A stretch of 17,716 nt of DNA from Candidatus Nanopusillus sp. (GTDB taxonomy: Archaea > Nanobdellota > Nanobdellia > Nanobdellales > Nanobdellaceae): positions 1 to 17,716 of the forward strand of contig DAIUEN010000011.1 in the NCBI GenBank assembly GCA_036845085.1, given 5' to 3'. This document shows positions 16,271 to 17,716 of the stretch, in pieces. The notes beneath the pieces are model-generated. The model saw nothing but the letters and a program-made list of their open reading frames with translations, made no database searches and was not told the origin of the DNA. Each line of letters starts with the position of its first letter. Within the stretch, counting starts at the first letter, position 1. A program made the position numbers and the translations under genes.

Positions 16271-16743
16271 TGTACTAAGCATATACTAGAACTTACATTT
16301 ACAAATATCAATTTTTGATCATCTACTCCATATTCACTGACAACCTTTATATAATAATAACCATTAGAATTCCAACTAGTATTTATTGATATTATACAAT
16401 TTGGTGCCCATATATTAATTTCATTAGGACATTGAACTAAATTTATAGTGATATTTTCTTTTAGATATCCATTAACAAATAATACAGTATTTGACTGATT
16501 TAATAGAGTATTACCATAATTTTTAACATACAAAATCAAATTTCTAGATGAATTATCATATGCACAAGAATCTATCTGTATTATAGTGTTTAACTTATTT
16601 GATATTAGCTCTTGCCTAGATATTGCCGCATTGTTGATATTATTCAAACTATTATAAGATGATGACACAAACAAATATGTTAAAATAGCTGCGGAAATAA
16701 ACAATATTATATTAACTATTATCGTAGCAAACTGTCCTCTCAT
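16267..16743 (-). CDS. Small pilin-like / FlaF-FlaG-like protein (158 aa)
   Basis: The N-terminus is MRG-QFATIIVNIILFISAAILTYLFV: a basic residue, Gly, then a ~22-residue hydrophobic helix, which is class III signal-like. It is followed by LILYVKNYGNTLLNQSNTVLFVNGYL. It has 5 sequons and 4 Cys. Confidence 0.55.
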   Translation of the reverse strand: MRGQFATIIVNIILFISAAILTYLFVSSSYNSLNNINNAAISRQELISNKLNTIIQIDSCAYDNSSRNLILYVKNYGNTLLNQSNTVLFVNGYLKENITINLVQCPNEINIWAPNCIISINTSWNSNGYYYIKVVSEYGVDDQKLIFVNVSSSICLVQ

Positions 16744-16775
16744 ATTTTAATATAGATTACTCGAAAATATATAAG

Positions 16776-17591
16776 TTATTCTTCTAGTTCATATCCCTCG
16801 ATGCCTTTGTCTATTACAATTTTTCTCCATTCTAAAAGCTTTTTTTGTCTCATTATTTCATATTCTACAACTTTATCAATTATTTTTAGATTTTGGACTC
16901 CTTTTATTTCTACTTTTTCGCCTTCCGGTATAGAAATGTTTATATCTTGTCTAATTGTTCCCAAACCTCTTTTTACTTTACCAGTTAATCTTAATACTAG
17001 TCCTATATATTCTGCTACTTCTTTAACCTCTTTCAGACTAGTTAAATCTGGTCCAGTAGCTATTTCTATTAGTGGTATTCCCAATCTATCTAATCTATAT
17101 TTAACATAATTTTCTCCTTCCTCAATTTTTCTAGCAGCATCTTCCTCTATACATAAAGTTTGTATTCTTATCTCTTTACCTTTATAATTTATTTTTCCAT
17201 CCAAAGCTAATAACAAAGTCCTTTGAAAACCAGATGTATTTGAACCGTCTACCACTATTTTCCTCATTATCTGAAGAATTTCTGGTATATACATATTAAA
17301 ATACTCTGCTAATAAAATTCCGAATTTTAGCGCTTCTTCATTAATTAAATGCGGCGGTTCTTCATCTAGTTCTACCAAACAAGAATAATCATTTGAATAC
17401 TGATAAAAAAATATCTTATCTTTTTGTGTTTCATATTCTGCAGCTACATCTTTTTTACCAATTTCACTTTGTACTACTCTCAATTTTCTCATAATTTCAT
17501 AATCGTAATGATCTTCTAAGTCGGTTTTACAAGAACAAAATAATTTTTCTTTAGTATTTATTTGTTGATGTATTTCTAAACCAGCTCTCAT
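16776..17591 (-). CDS. gatE: Glu-tRNA(Gln) amidotransferase subunit E, N-terminal (cradle/catalytic) fragment only; split gene
   Basis: MRAGLEIHQQINTKEKLFCSCKT, VVDGSNTSGFQRT, LCIEEDAARK, GIPLIEIATGPD and GTIRQDINISI..G.KVEIKGVQNL are GatE-specific blocks. The ORF stops after 271 aa, whereas GatE is normally about 600+ aa. Downstream are 32 nt and then an unrelated pilin-like gene. Confidence 0.8.
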   Translation of the reverse strand: MRAGLEIHQQINTKEKLFCSCKTDLEDHYDYEIMRKLRVVQSEIGKKDVAAEYETQKDKIFFYQYSNDYSCLVELDEEPPHLINEEALKFGILLAEYFNMYIPEILQIMRKIVVDGSNTSGFQRTLLLALDGKINYKGKEIRIQTLCIEEDAARKIEEGENYVKYRLDRLGIPLIEIATGPDLTSLKEVKEVAEYIGLVLRLTGKVKRGLGTIRQDINISIPEGEKVEIKGVQNLKIIDKVVEYEIMRQKKLLEWRKIVIDKGIEGYELEE

Positions 17592-17625
17592 TATAAAAAT
17601 ATTTTAGTTAAGAAATAAAAATTAT
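17592..17625. promoter_or_regulatory. 34-nt divergent spacer with interleaved TATA-like elements for gatE-N and tRNA-Ala(CGC)
   Basis: TTATAAAAATATTTTA (from 17591) lies at about -35..-20 of tRNA nt 1. On the other strand ATAATTTTTATTT (17625..17613) lies at -34..-22 of the gatE ATG. Calling TATA boxes in AT-rich DNA is weak evidence. Confidence 0.3.
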
Positions 17626-17697
17626 GGGCCCGTAGTCTAGTGGTAGGACGTCGGCCTCGCTAGCCGAAGGTCCCGGGTTCGAATCCCGGCGGGTCCA
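17626..17697 (+). tRNA. tRNA-Ala: tRNA-Ala, anticodon CGC (U at position 37)
   Basis: The sequence is GGGCCCG-TA-GTCT-AGTGGTA-GGAC-G-TCGGC-CTCGCTA-GCCGA-AGGTC-CCGGG-TTCGAAT-CCCGG-CGGGTCC-A. The body is identical to the other copy, including G3:U70. The anticodon is CGC (17658..17660). Nucleotide 37 (17661) is T instead of a purine. There is no intron and no encoded CCA. Confidence 0.85.
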
Positions 17698-17699
17698 TG

Positions 17700-17715
17700 A
17701 GTTTTAGATAAAACT
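17700..17715 (+). terminator. tRNA 3' trailer palindrome with T4 run (copy 2)
   Basis: This is the same TGAGTTTTAGATAAAACTT trailer found after the first tRNA-Ala. Its role in termination or processing is inferred. Confidence 0.3.
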
Positions 17716-17716
17716 T

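Larger units (their letters stand above)
17626..17716. repeat. Right arm of terminal inverted repeat
   Basis: It matches the reverse complement of 1..91 at 89/91 positions. Confidence 0.95.

Noticed and set aside
1-17716. tRNA-bounded segment as an integrated mobile element or genomic island
   Set aside because: The flanking repeats are inverted, not direct att-like repeats. There is no integrase, transposase or phage/plasmid gene. The cargo is core housekeeping: secY, ribosomal proteins, RNR, Nog1 and gatE.
1-17716. CRISPR arrays, rRNA or other structured ncRNA
   Set aside because: There are no regularly spaced direct repeats. The only GC-rich islands in this AT-rich window are the two tRNAs, and in a presumed thermophile structured RNAs should stand out by G+C. 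I found no convincing C box (RUGAUGA) plus D box (CUGA) pair in the 92..429 and 13857..14005 spacers.

Overview
This is a compact, very AT-rich (by eye about one quarter G+C) archaeal chromosomal segment. It holds 17 credible protein genes, 15 on the minus strand, with tiny or negative intergenic gaps. The only GC-rich islands are two tRNA-Ala genes at the extreme ends of the window. They are in opposite orientation and form an 89/91-identical terminal inverted repeat.

Content from left to right:
- tRNA-Ala(UGC).
- A trimmed secY operon: secY, a DUF106/YidC-like insertase, L34e and L14e. The adk and cmk genes that normally sit in this archaeal cluster are absent.
- Directly upstream and co-oriented, an uncharacterised pair. 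One is a 546-aa mostly helical protein. The other is a ~721-aa xylose-isomerase/endonuclease-IV-like TIM barrel interrupted by a ~350-aa helical insert and ending in a Tyr-rich tail.
- A 179-aa orphan on the plus strand.
- A class II (B12) ribonucleotide reductase with ATP-cone and C-terminal Zn finger.
- A metallophosphoesterase, a Nog1-type GTPase and Hsp20.
- AMMECR1 and MEMO (AmmeMemoRadiSam A and B), tail to tail, with no radical SAM partner in view.
- A three-gene surface cluster: two small FlaF/FlaG- or pilin-like proteins plus a 591-aa prepilin-like DUF2341/LamG protein, all rich in N-glycosylation sequons.
- An N-terminal-only gatE fragment (split gene).
- tRNA-Ala(CGC).

L14e, L34e, GatE and Nog1 place the organism in Archaea. 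Several traits suggest a genome-reduced thermophilic DPANN/Nanoarchaeota-type symbiont, which is inference only: the AT-rich genome with GC-rich tRNAs, the broken ribosomal superoperon, the missing nucleotide kinases and the split gatE.

I found no CRISPR array, transposase, integrase, rRNA or intein. The best candidates for undescribed biology are the TIM-barrel/helical-partner pair fused to the head of the secY operon, the prepilin-like lectin cluster, and the inverted tRNA-Ala bracket.
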